Part shown: piece by piece, positions 39,013-51,190 of the stretch | Layout: the number at the start of each line of letters is the position of its first letter | How positions within the stretch are numbered: position 1 is the stretch's first letter | Source: Laetmonice hystrix | Lineage: Eukaryota | Direction: 5' to 3' | Assembly (NCBI GenBank): GCA_965235115.1 | Contig: OZ249436.1 | Coordinates: 58,280,001-58,344,000, forward strand | Length of the DNA stretch: 64,000 nt | The notes under the pieces: generated by a model | Told to the model about the DNA's origin: nothing | Databases searched by the model: none | What the model saw: only the letters and a program-made list of their open reading frames with translations | Translations under genes and position numbers: made by a program

Positions 39013-42000
39013 TACTGACGACACCGGGAGGTCGGCCACTGCATGCCGCTTCAGTCAAACAGCAGCTTTATACCAAACGGTTGGCATTATGTCTTCAAAC
39101 CTGGCCATCACACCGCAGATAAAACACAAGATTCTACCTGTGCCATAAATTCTTCTGCTGCTCTCATATTCTGTGCCATTTCAGGTGACAAACTCTAATG
39201 ACAACTGATATGGTAGTAAAGGCTTGAAGTTTTCATCTTTAATACTAAACGCACGAACTACCAATCATATTGATGTTCTGCCAGTGGTATCTTGCTAAAT
39301 TGGAACGGTGGCGTCAGAGTCAGATTGAGTGAGGAGGTCCTACAAACCAATGCTGTGCCAATCATGCGGTCCATCGGAGCAATATGTCCTGGGCACATCT
39401 TCCTATTGAACCCAAACCCTGCTAAGAAGCGCTTGCGAGCAATTACAGTACTTTGGTGACTCCTACCCAACTCCCACATTCTTCTTCTTCAGTTAACCTA
39501 CATACCAGACCACTACGCCCTTATTAAGCTGTACCTAGTTAAATCCAGAAACGACCGCATAAATATCACCTAGTTACAGTTTTAATTTCAAGTTAATTGT
39601 GAGATGGTATGCGGTCAATTCGAGCTAGAATAGGAACTACAATAGAGGAACAATAGGCAAGTGACGTGTTTGTGTACCAAGCAAGCAGTTATCTGTTGGT
39701 GCAAGGTGTGATGTGCCTGTGCCTTAGAAACATGGCGCAGTAACCGAATATTTGCCAGTAGAAGAAATGCCTTTCGTGTGTGTATTGCTTCTTTCGTCAA
39801 AGTCCACCTTTATCGTTTTGGGCGCGGGACTCCATAAAGACATCCTCTTTTTCAATATTGATCCTGACACAAGTCATTAAAATTCTTTCAACAAAAAACG
39901 GAAAATGAGCATAGAAATTCACCATGAAAGGATGCGTTTTGACGTTGGACTTCCACGACGTTCCATCAGTACAGGATGTCTGGAACCCTAGAAAAAAACC
40001 ATTCTTTTGGTGAATCAATAGTGAGAACTGCTGCCAAATGGCCGCTGGATGTGGACAATTCTACATTGGCCCAGGGCAGAGTTGAGAGGGAGATCCATTC
40101 AGATTTGTCAAAGTAAATTTCTTGACATTTTGATAGGGTTTATTGATTATTGATTGGCTTTCTCGCATGAGGCATCTACTACAGACTTCTTGGCTTTCTT
40201 GCATGTAGGTCCCATGAGACTTCATATTCTTGCCCCTGAGAAAGCTCGCTGTGAGTGGCACACTGTTCAGGACTGGTTCACATCTGATGCACACTTCATT
40301 ACCCGTCCAGCGCCGCTGGCCACACCATTTTCCGGGGGCCACCAGACATCCACACAGCCACCATAGCCACCACCAATATTTCAATTTTGCTGACTCTATG
40401 ACATGAAAGGCCAATGCTCAACACGTGCAATTTGCTCCCGCTTTCTGCCTGGCCTGGTGCTGTGAATGTCGTATATATGGCACCCAATCAGGGTGTGCCA
40501 GGACCTTGTCATTTGTTGGGACTCTGACTGCGGGCGGCCCGCCAATGCTTCTTGAACCTTCACCGCCGGTTCCCCTTAGGAGAAACATCCTAAGAACAAC
40601 TTCCCTCACCGTTATGCTTCACCAGAAACGTTGTAGCCTTTTTGAGATATGCGCCTCTTCCAAACGCCACAAAGATGATGAAGAGGACGACATCAAGCCT
40701 GATCAAGTGGATTCGGTTCGTCACTGGCTTACTGGGTCCTCTATCAGGTCACGCTGCCGGTTCGCAGTCAGATCGAGCTCGATTCCTTTACTGGCCAACT
40801 CCTGATGAAATTAAGTTCTCTTGGAAGCTGTTACGGATGTCAGAGTGAGAAGAGCCCCTGCGACCCTGTCTAAGTGCCACCTGGGGTGGAAGGGATCAGA
40901 CGCTCGCTGGCCCCAGTCAGCTTGGTCGGCAGTGCAACTGTCAGTCCTGATCCCCGGGGATACTGGAGGGGTGAGCACAATGACGGGGTATCATGGCTGC
41001 CCCTGACCTGACCCCAGGAGGAATGATCCAATCACACCCGGATCGGTCCTGTCACACTCCCTCTCTCTACCTCTCATAACGGCCTGCCAGGGACCGTGCA
41101 TCTGTGGCCTCAGCTCCCGACCACAACCACCACTACCACCACCATCAGCGACAAAACTCTTCCCAACACTTCAGCCACAATTTAATCGGCACACAGGGGT
41201 AAATTCAATAACCGCGCCTTGTGTTGTTGCCGCAGTATCAGTGCGGCTGGAGAGCAAGAGCAGGCCTGCTCTCGTATTCCCATTATCTGCTGACCATGCC
41301 AACTTTATGCCTCTTGGCTATTTATCTTAATTCCTTTAAGAGTTCGTGTGGTGATTCAATGTTGAGGCAATCATTAACGGATAAACAAAAACCAGCCGCT
41401 TCACATCATCCCATGGTACTTTGACACTATCCTTGTCTGCAAGGACAGTACCAATTCTTTATCACATTTTGGGCCCTTTGCCTATAATGGTTCAAAATCT
41501 ATTTTCCCGTTTAAATCCTAACAGTCTGTTAAGCAGTACATAAATTATCATCAACCTCATAATGACTGCGTCAAACGGTTCTTTCTGCCGTGGGTCTCAT
41601 TATGCGGACGCTGTGCTCCAGTAGTGTGTCAGCTCATCCACAGATGTGTACACTTGGCTTCATTATTTCCTCCTATTATGACAAAGTCCCACAACCGCTA
41701 TATTTGTACTTCATTAGAAATTCTGTGTAATAGGAAATTGTCAGAAAAGTGAAGTCAAATAAAGTGCTGACAATTTCCACATTATATCCACGCACACTTG
41801 GTGGTTTTCTACCTGTTCCTGTGTTGTTTTAACTGTCGAGCTGACCGACCAAATCAAGACCAGTTACCAGCTGACGACTAGCAGGACCTGGTGAAGTCAA
41901 CAGTCCCGACAGGCCACACTCCGTAGATATCGAGTCCCAGTAGTCTAGACCTTGGTCGGTGATGGCTTCACGGTGTTAGCGGTGACCGGTTTCTGGAGCA

Positions 42001-42056
42001 CATCCGGTTTTCGGGAACACAGGAAGCAAGGCAGCCAATGCTCTTGCTGTATACTA

Positions 42057-42814
42057 CAGGGTGAGTCAAAAATACTATACACTCACAAATAGGGTGATGA
42101 ATCAGAGATTTGGCAAAATCAGGACAATGTAGTAATTGGTATGGAAAGAGTAACTCTTGTGCTTCAATTTGGTAGTTGATCCACTCAGATGCGACCAGTA
42201 ATAAAGCAATACTTGCCATTTTTAAAAAAAACTAAAATACCACTTTTCAATTCAAAGCAATTCAAAGCATGATGGAAGTAATAAAAAGCAATGAAACGGA
42301 CCAGCATCATGGCTGAGGTAATAATCAATTCTGATCTGTGGATGTTGCTCATCCTATTCGTCTTGGTGCTGCTAAAAAGCATGGTGCATCCACAGTTTAC
42401 ACCCCAGCCACAGAGTGGCACTCTGCGTTTGGGAAAAATTCCTTAATTAAGCAAAAAGGCCCTTTGCTAGGGTGTAAACTGTGGACGCACCATGCTTTAG
42501 CAGCACAAAACAGGCTTATGAGAAATAGGAGCAGTATGCCATCCATGAACACAGTCATAACAATGGCCCATTCGATTGCTTTTCGTTGCTTCCATCATGT
42601 TTTGTTTGAATTTTTGAATTGAAAAAGTGGTATGTTAGGGGGTTTTGAAAAATGGCACGTATTTCTTTATTATTGGTCGCATCTGATCGAATCAACCAGC
42701 AAATTGAAGCACAAGAGTTACTCTTTCCATACCGATTACTACATTGTCCTGATTTTGCCAAATCGCTGATTCATCGCCCTATTTGTAAGTGTATAGTTTT
42801 TTTGACTCACCCTT
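42057..42814. mobile_element. Tc1/mariner-type fold-back MITE, ~758 bp, almost wholly palindromic
   Basis: Left end TA|CAGGGTGAGTCAAAAATACTATACAC and right end GTGTATAGTTTTTTTGACTCACCCT. About 230 bp of clear outer TIR, a weaker middle part, and an inner ~40-bp inverted pair (gtgctgctaaa..gcatggtgc.tccacagtttacaccc) around a ~55-bp spacer. Confidence 0.92.
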
Positions 42815-42886
42815 ATACATATAATAATTACTACAAGGATAAGTAAACCACGGGGGGGGGGGCTAACATGTCTCCCTCTAGACCTA

Positions 42887-42890
<4 letters not shown>

Positions 42891-42926
<36 letters not shown>
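42891..42926 (+). repeat. (CT)18 microsatellite followed by a ~200-bp pyrimidine-rich tract
   Basis: Read directly from the sequence. Confidence 0.97.
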
Positions 42927-42929
<3 letters not shown>

Positions 42930-44537
42930 CTGTCCTCTACATCGTCATCTTCCTCAGCTTCCCCTACTCTTTCGTCTCCTCTTACTCTTCATGTCCTTGT
43001 TCACTCTCATGATGCCTTGAATCTCTCTAGTTACTCTAGCTCTGTTTTTCTCCATCTCGTTATCACTTTATACCTCCATTGACCTCTTTGTTTCCATTGC
43101 TCCACCTTTCCTATTTCTATCATTCTTTCTCTCTCCCGATCTTTACATGCATGTCCCTCTGACTGCATGTCCCACTTCCAATAAGTTTCCCACCGGCACA
43201 AATCAAATCAGTCCTGTTTACCTTTCTGTGCTGGCGACGAGTGCAGACCGTGCGGCTCAGAAACACATCCACAATGCTAGATTAACCCACCATCTGTCTT
43301 ATGTGTTCATGCCTACCCTAATCGAACCTTTGCGCCGTCATGGTGGGCAGTGAAAACCTCCCCAAGACTAAGTCTATTTGCCAGTGTCGACCATGACATT
43401 TCTTTGGGGACTGCAATATGCAGTCCCGTAAATCTTCCTGTACCCCAAGTTGCCGAACGGTGCCCTTTGCATTATTGTTGCTTTTCCCAGTATAAATCAT
43501 CATCATTAACTATATACATTGTCTATAGCTATATAGTTTGTTCCATTCCTGACTCCGTACACCCACGAGTTCAACCCTTCGGAAATGTAAGCATTTACTA
43601 AGAATATTTATCAAATAACACAATAAAATGTTATAATACTTCTGGTTTTTGTACTAAAGATAGGAAAACAGGAGAACAAATCACATTCATTCTTCATTTC
43701 CAGCCACTTGATAGAACCGTCAAACTGCATGCATTTCAACTGTAAATGAATCATTTTATTTTTTATCCGTTATTGAGTGTCCTACCAGTTTCTCAAAATA
43801 ATCCAGTATTCAACACACAATCTTATCTCTTCGAGCTGCTGTCCAGAACTCATTTTCAGGGGAATATTTCTTTTCTCGGCGTTCCTAAAAAAAAAACCCA
43901 ACTCGATGGTGTGTGCGACGACTGCGGATTGGTGGAATCAAACAGGACGGATGCTACCAGTAGTTATCCGAGGTGTCTACGGTTGACAGTGGGCCATGTT
44001 GGGGGTGGGGGAGGTTTGACTTCCAGTGTCGGTAGCCGATACCATGAGATCACACCTCCCCATGTCTCCAGGTCTCTCACATGTGGCTGGCGGTGAAAAC
44101 GGTCAAACGAAATCGACATCGTTGTTCTTATCTTACGATTGTGCCCCCAAAGATGTTTTTAAAGACGCTCGTTTTGATGTTTTCTGCTGGCTGGCGGTTT
44201 CTGCCGTGTTTTCAGGGGGTTCAGTTTACTCTCGGACCCAAGAGGCTCCGCCATATCAGGTGATTATAACACTACCTTTCAGAATGACATCAAAGAACTA
44301 ACCACTTACTGCATACGAGTTCGTGTACCTCTAGGAATATTACCATCAATCACATTTTGGTCCTTTTACTGCATGTTACTGACTCTAAATACGTTAGTCC
44401 CATTATACATGCCTCTGACAGGGGCAATCATAATTAATAATAAAGAACAATGTCTTAATTTCTTTCCCGACCTGTTTTAAATGTTGAACTGTATAGATAA
44501 TCTGAGGTACAAATCCTGTCTGTGAGTAATATATGTA

Positions 44538-44801
44538 CGTGGTCGAGTCTCACGAATTTGGCCAAATTAGCGTTATGTGTGGTCAGCAGGAAACATCACA
44601 AAAACTACTTCCTCTGATCTGATCTTCATCTGATTTGATCTTCAATTTCTTCTAATTTGATCTTCATCATCATTCATATAAGATTGTTAACAGGAATTAC
44701 TTCCCTTGCCAATGTGACAAAGCAGATGATGTACTTTTGTGAAATTTTCTGCTGACCACACGTAACGCAAATTTGGCCAAATTCGTGAGACACGACCACT
44801 G
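44538..44801. mobile_element. Tc1/mariner-type MITE, 264 bp, ~70-bp TIRs, TA target duplication
   Basis: ta|cgtggtcgagtctcacgaatttggccaaattagcgttatgtgtggtcagcag... and ...ctgctgaccacacgtaacgcaaatttggccaaattcgtgagacacgaccactg|ta. The core holds tgatcttca repeats. Confidence 0.9.
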
Positions 44802-46099
44802 TATGTATGTTATTATTCCAGCCAGTTTTCTTCATTAATCCTATCAATAAGACACAAAATCATGTTTGGATACGGCCACTTATTTGCTCACATGATTATT
44901 TTCTACGTTTTCTTTTAATTAGCGTCTTTTTAAGTAATCTAAGCTGTGGTATCATATTTATGCCCGGACACTAGATTCTCAGGTAAAGCACATTAAACTG
45001 GAAAATAGTTCGGCCTTACTGCCCACCTTCACAGTGCAGGTTTATGGTACAAATCTTTAACACTGAACCCTCACCTTCCACTCGAACCATCACTTCTCCC
45101 TCTTTCAAGGTGATTTTGCTCGCAATGAATAAAAATACTGAGATCACAAGAACTGAATTCAGAATATAGGCCTAGAGCATTAAACTCATCACTAGAATAT
45201 GGTGATTTACATCAGAGCTCTGATTCCTGAATTATTGTAGTACCTGAATTGTAGCACCATGAGTAATGCAGATGATATAAAATTCAAGCATTCAGTTCCT
45301 GAATTACTTTTCCGGATTTTTCTTTTTCAACGTTTCATCAAAGTGTTTTCACCATGGCTTACCCAAAACTTACTCCAACAAACGCCCATCTTGGGAATAA
45401 AGGACCAGTAATGACATCAATCATTTCTGTAAGGACCTGCCTGACAGGATCCAGGATTCTTATAGATCTTTACAGCAGGTTCATTTGCATTATTGATTAA
45501 GAACTGCGGTTAGCATATTTCAGCCCTAAAATGCTACGCTTGGCGATGCCTTTGATGAATCATATGTAGGTGATCTTAAGACTCCTTCTAAGTCTCACCT
45601 CCTTGGAGGTCATTACTGATGCAGCTGCTGAGGAAACTTGAAAAATGACGCTACGGGTGGAAATCCTGGCAGGCAGGTGATAGTGGCGGAGTGCCAGAAT
45701 AACAATCCCTTCCTGCGACCCCCCCCCCCCCTAGCCTGTATCTGGTATCAGTGATCGTTTGGGCTTACATAAACATCCATCACTGAGATCCTGTCCCACA
45801 TCCTCCCTACCTATTCCTCTCACAATATGTTGCTGCTTCCACTTATTTAATAACATGAGTAGCTCTCCTACATCTTAAGTCGTAATCTGCTTCATATAGC
45901 GGCTCTTCTTCCTCATTTGTGCGCGTATGTCAGGAAACTTTGTCCCAAATGTGCCTAAAGCAATAAAGGTTGACATTCTTTCTCGGTCGGTTTTATATCA
46001 TATGCATTACTCATGTTGCTACAATTGCAGCTTAGACAATCTGTATTTTACATGACAAGAGATGCAACATTATAAATCCACAACCGCTGGATAGTATCC

Positions 46100-47950
46100 T
46101 CCTAACGCCTGCCACACAATGCAAATTGATTCATTATCAGAATGCTGCAGCGCAATTACTCCCAGGAGTTGTTAACACTGCAACGTACTAAATACACACA
46201 ATTCTACCACCACAATCAGCACTTCACAAATCTTATCTAGTTCCTGAATCAAAAGCTAATTAACAATGATTTCTTCCCATGGCAACTTTTAGCCATCTTT
46301 ATTGTCGTATTGTATTTCCACAAAATTGTATTCCTAGCACGGGTGACAATATTATGGGCAGCTCAGCTGTTGGCTAATCTTCAACAAGTGAGAACACTTT
46401 GAAGACTACTTTGGCTATGATGAACCGGCCCCACTCTTGTGATACATGGTGTTTTCTTACATCAATTCCTCCTTTCCTGTCTCTTTTAACCTGAACCTAG
46501 AAGCAGCTTGAAGATGGCTCTGTGCGCCATGCTCAACAAACACCTCAGACCTGAAAAACACCACCCTAGTTCTCTACCCGGCTGTAGGACCTCCCCTTTT
46601 TACATTGACTTCGACTGGCTTTGTTTCTCTGTCACTGTTATCACGTCCTAACATCAAAAACCTCTTTTAAACGACCGCATCTCACATACAGCTCTTCTCT
46701 GGGATGGCTCGATTTTCTTTATGAATCAATATAGAAATACTTCCACCACAACAGAAGAGGTTATCAACATGATAAAGACAAGCACACAGTCACTCTCTCC
46801 TTCTATCAACATACTTCTACTATACCGACTCAGTCCACATGTTGAACAGTGTTCAGACTCAGTCCACATTTTGAACAGCGTTCAGCCGATGGTAGTGCAT
46901 CTGAAATGCTTCTCTAATTTCGTTAGTTCACCCCGCCGCAGCCACCCCCGTAGGAGCGCCATTTGCTGCTGAGGTCTTTGACCTTAACGCTGGCTGTCAC
47001 CACTAATACGTTGGGCCACCATGATCTCGCCAATGATCTGGCTTCGGAGGAAGCATTTAATTCCCGCCTTCCCTTTCTACTCCAGTGACTCCAGGCACCT
47101 TTCTCCATGGGATGACTGTCTGGGTGTTTTTTTTTTGGGGGGGGGGGGGTTGGGGGGGGGGGGGTAGGGTTATGCTAAATCCATTAAAGTGACATTAAGC
47201 ATCGTACCTTTGAGAAATTTCTGATACAGTTATACTGATTCCCAGATCGCTCTGGATATATATTGTCCCGGATTCTGTCGCTTCCCCTCAATCTAACCGT
47301 ACATAGATTTTAAGTTCATCCCTTCACACGACCGACCTTACAAAGTCTCACCAAATTGTAAATCCATCAAGCTAACACTGACGAGTATAGTGGATGCTGA
47401 ACCACTGACCAAATGTGAATCAACTACTACAGGATGCCGTGAACTGGTACTTCACCATAGACAATGATGGAATCAGTGTAATCACGCCCCATTCTTCACT
47501 TGATCTTCATCATCCTCAAGCTATCAACAATCTCCACTGATATGGCTCACAAAGATTCACAGAGTCACCCACCTCGGGAGTCTTCAGCTTCAAGCTATCC
47601 TGCTCTGTCATGGTGAGATTTGCCTCAGCTATCGATAAAACTATTCCAATCTTGGTGCCAGTCCCTGATCTGTGGCCTACGCAGCCTCTGCCGCCGCCTC
47701 TGCAGTTCCTACTCTACCAGTATACCCAGCCTGGCCCTTCCACTAGCGCGGCGATGTCAACCTCACAGAGGGCCATGCCAATACTCCGCCACTGCTCCAA
47801 ATGGCCAGTACAATAGTAATTTGCTCCAATTTCCCACCTCTTTACCAATTACCCTGAATAACCTCATTTCCGAGGCAGCTGTAAAAACCGCTGCCAGATC
47901 GCCAAGCCTGTTATTTGACGCTGTACTGGGTGAAAAAAAGAAATACTAGA
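46100..47950 (+). mobile_element. Decayed L2/CR1-like LINE RT fragments
   Basis: QNAAAQLL near 46140 (L2 'QNAAARL'), TTEEVINMIKTST near 46750, FASAIDKTIPIL near 47620 (like 'LSAAFDTIDHxIL'). The order implies at least two fragments. Confidence 0.3.
46827..46884 (+). repeat. Two-copy 29-bp tandem duplication
   Basis: gactcagtccacatgttgaacagtgttca followed by gactcagtccacattttgaacagcgttca. Confidence 0.93.
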
Positions 47951-47974
47951 GTAGACCAAGCATTGTTATCACCA

Positions 47975-48480
47975 TGCCAACAGGAGGAAGCGTGCCTGGC
48001 ATCACTGATGAAACCTCGACTCGGACTGGCTGCTTAAACCTGGGATTCCTGCGCAGAAAGAATACGGCAGAAACCCACGCAACTTGGAAATCAGGAGGCC
48101 GAGGCGTCAGCTGCCACGTACCATATCATTAATGAATAGCTTCCTCTGGCCGTAAACAGGAGATTTTGTTCTAATCCTGGTGCTAGCCTAATCCCACCAC
48201 CGCGTGTCACTTCACATCGCCCCACGCCAGCAGCTAAGACATTCATGGAAGCCAATACGGGCAGGCATGCACATTCTGTGACCGTGCCTAATGACCCGAG
48301 CACTTGTCTCAGCTTATACATGTTGCTCTATTTCTACATGTACACCCTTAACCGTCCATTTTCGCGTCAGCCTGTGCAGAAACGACAGTCTAACAGTGGA
48401 ACATCCCGTGTAATCTATCACTGTCTTCTTTTATGTTTCTTTACCCGTACCACGTGGGAGTTGGGTGGACTCTATTATGT
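47975..48480 (+). mobile_element. Possible 3' fragment of a CR1-clade LINE
   Basis: LGFLRR (CR1 'TLGFLRRNL') near 48040 and CFFTRTTWEL (like 'SFFPRTIxEWN') near 48440, in the expected order. Confidence 0.3.
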
Positions 48481-49949
48481 GATATATGTCATCATTTATT
48501 GCTCTGCACCGAGTACCATTGTTTATCAGGAGACCCCACCTAGCTATCATTTACCAGGCCAACAAGACTGCAAGTTGCAATATTGTGTTTTTAGATATGA
48601 CCCTTTGACTTCACGTAGGGTATTTCTTGAATTGGACGGCCCTAGCAACACGCTGGTTTAAGAGGTACAATTACTCTTTCATTATTTATCATTCATGACA
48701 AATGGCACCGAATCATTACATTGTGGATCCATTACATGCCATCAGCTCAAGCCTCAATGAAGTGGGCACGTGGCCAACACGAGGGCGTGCATGATGACCA
48801 CGGTTAGAACTGGGTCAACCAGCAGCAAAGAACTGGACGTGCAGCCCAGAAAACGTTCAATCATCCTCGAACCAGCCATGTGTGCATGTATTGCTACTGA
48901 TCAGCTACTCAGGGTCTGAGAGAAAAGATGTCTACATGTCTTCATAAGATATGAAAGATCATGCTCAACAACTTGGAAACAATTGCTTACATTGACATTC
49001 CATGAACTACTTCCTGCTTTTATCATCCATCATAAACTTCAACCCTTATACCGACTTCCATTAAGGAACCCAGATAAAGCCTTGGCATCAAGGAACGTTT
49101 TCTGATATAAATCGCCCGTGGTAGAGGTTCGGTTGAGGTCAGCTCTGTTTCGTCATTACATTACTGCCCCTAAAAAAGGCAAACCCAACACGTGCTCAAC
49201 TTCTCTGGTCTTTTTGTGACACCCACAAGCACTATAATGGCGTATGTTATATTTGGCACCAACTCTGGATGTGGCAGGTGACTGGAATAATGACGGGGTC
49301 CACACCCGGGCAGGGCCAGCCACTGAGCACCTGTGTGACCGGACTGATGTAGTTGTGTGGACAGAACACTTCTCGGAACCTTCTGACCGTTCAGCAAAAT
49401 GTAACTTACAGTCAAGATCCGAATGGTAGGAAACCACGCCCTTCTACTGCACAATACCGGATGGCAACTGTCGCTTACCGTATTTATCATCGGAACTGTC
49501 ACCATGTAACCTTGACAGATCAGTTCACTCCACATATAATTCCTGGTATATCTTGAAAAAAAACGATGGTTGAGATACACGCATACTCGAGTGTTTAAAG
49601 CTGTTTTTGCCGGAAGAAAAATTTTAATACCACAACCATTTAATATACTAAAGGTAGACCTAAATAAATGGAATGTGATACCGCATCCATCGCATCTAGT
49701 AGAGGTAGATATTTTAGTATAAGGTTACTATTCTCAAAGTGCGCTGTAAAGATACTAAACTGGGGTTTTTGCAGATTTCTCAGTTTCTAATATCTATCTA
49801 GCACCTTTCACAAATTAAGAAATAATGCTAGGAAAAACTTTCTATTCAGATTTCTCGGATATGTCATTGGCCTTAATGTATTGTTAAAGGCCAGTGCTGT
49901 TAGTCTATCAATGGATCCAGGGGACATAGTCATTATCATTAACTGGGCA

Positions 49950-50562
49950 GTTGTGTCGGGACTGAGTCTGCAGTGGGGATAGTGTGTTGTGTCGGGACTG
50001 AGTCTGCAGCGGGGATAGTGTGTTGTGTCGGGACTGAGTCTGCAGCGGGGATAGTGTGTTGTGTCGGGACTGAGTCTGCAGTGGGGATAGTGTGTTGTGT
50101 CGGGACTGAGTCTGCAGCGGGGATAGTGTGTTGTGTCGGGACTGAGTCTGCAGTGGGGATAGTGTGTTGTGTCGGGACTGAGTCTGCAGCGGGGATAGTG
50201 TGTTGTGTCGGGACTGAGTCTGCAGTGGGGATAGTGTGTTGTGTCGGGACTGAGTCTGCAGCGGGGATAGTGTGTTGTGTCGGGACTGAGTCTGCAGTGG
50301 GGATAGTGTGTTGTGTAGGGACTGAGTCTGCCGCGGGGATATCATGTTGTGGGGACTGAGTCTGCAGTGGGGATAGTGTGTTGTGTAGGGACTGAGTCTG
50401 TAGTGGGGATAGTGTGTTGTGTAGGGACTGAGTCTGCAGTGGGGATAGTGTGTTGTGAAGGGACTGAGTCTGCAGTGGGGATAGTGTGTTGTGTCGGGAC
50501 TGAGTCTGCAGTGGGGATAGTGTGTTGTGTAGGGACTGAGTCTGAAGCGGGGATAGTGTGTG
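49950..50562 (+). repeat. 37-bp minisatellite, ~16 copies, with a 74-bp higher-order period
   Basis: Unit GTCGGGACTGAGTCTGCAG(T/C)GGGGATAGTGTGTTGT. It explains ORFs 49908..50753, 49973..50359, 50342..50578 and 50349..50765. Confidence 0.99.
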
Positions 50563-50563
50563 T

Positions 50564-50716
50564 CAGTAGCGTACCCAAGCACCCCCCTCAATTTGCCAAT
50601 TTTTTTTTTTTTGGGGGGGGGGGTTGTTTTTTGGTGCGCTTGTTGCCAACGTGCAGGGCCTACAACGTTGGTTATTTCCAGCATCCCCCTGGGTCCAGTT
50701 TCTGGGTACGCCACTG
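50564..50716. mobile_element. 153-bp MITE with 15-bp TIRs (CAGTGGCGTACCCAG type, hAT-like termini)
   Basis: Left CAGTAGCGTACCCAA and right CTGGGTACGCCACTG, 13/15 match. Internal poly-C/T/G tracts. No TSD recognisable. Confidence 0.8.
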
Positions 50717-51102
50717 TGGTGAAAAGGTGAACTTGGTAAAGATATGGCTTCACAACGGCCGATGAAAGACGGCGGCATGCGTGATCACTCTAAATGGTGT
50801 GGTTCAACATCAGTCTCCTCCAGATGACAGACATCGTAAAGGACTCCTGCCTCTGTTCATGCCGGGGTTGACAGTCAGCGGTCCTTTTCAATAGGTCATC
50901 GATTATCACGGTTCACCGAAGCCCCCCTTCTCGTGTCCCCTTTCACCTAGATAATTCTCTCTAACAGGGGCCGACTTTAATTCGAGTTTCCAAGCCAAAA
51001 GGATGCTGGTCCTCTTCAATTGTACAATGGTGCCTGCGTGAAGATGATTGAGTCGTGCATGGCCTGTGATCAGACTAAAGTGTATCTGGGGATGGTACTC
51101 AC

Positions 51103-51190
51103 TGTGACCTGAATCTCCACCAATGGCCGGCGGTGGAGCAGTCTGGGTCAGTGGTTCGGTGACAATGGATGCCTCCCGGCGGCCAGCCGC
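51103..51190 (-). other. Isolated candidate internal exon, 88 nt
   Basis: Acceptor cccccgccagcctcgtctgaccctgctacag| with a CTGAC branch-like site and donor ACA|GTGAGT. Two frames are open (GWPPGGIHCHRTTDPDCSTAGHWWRFRS or AAGRREASIVTEPLTQTAPPPAIGGDSGH). Confidence 0.3.

Noticed and set aside
39800-40850. Cluster of 60-126 aa ORFs on both strands
   Set aside because: No frame gives a consistent recognisable protein. Probably a decayed element, but unsupported.
43952-43961. Solo TGCTACCAGT matching the minisatellite core
   Set aside because: A given 10-mer is expected by chance about 0.1 times in 64 kb on two strands, and the flanks do not match.
46853-46864. 12-mer CAGACTCAGTCC shared with the reverse strand of the 37-bp array
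   Set aside because: With 37 possible 12-mers a chance hit is plausible, and the match does not extend.
49908-50765. 281-aa and related repeat ORFs (THYPHCRLSP..., GIVCCVGTES...)
   Set aside because: Translations of the 37-bp minisatellite and adjacent MITE.
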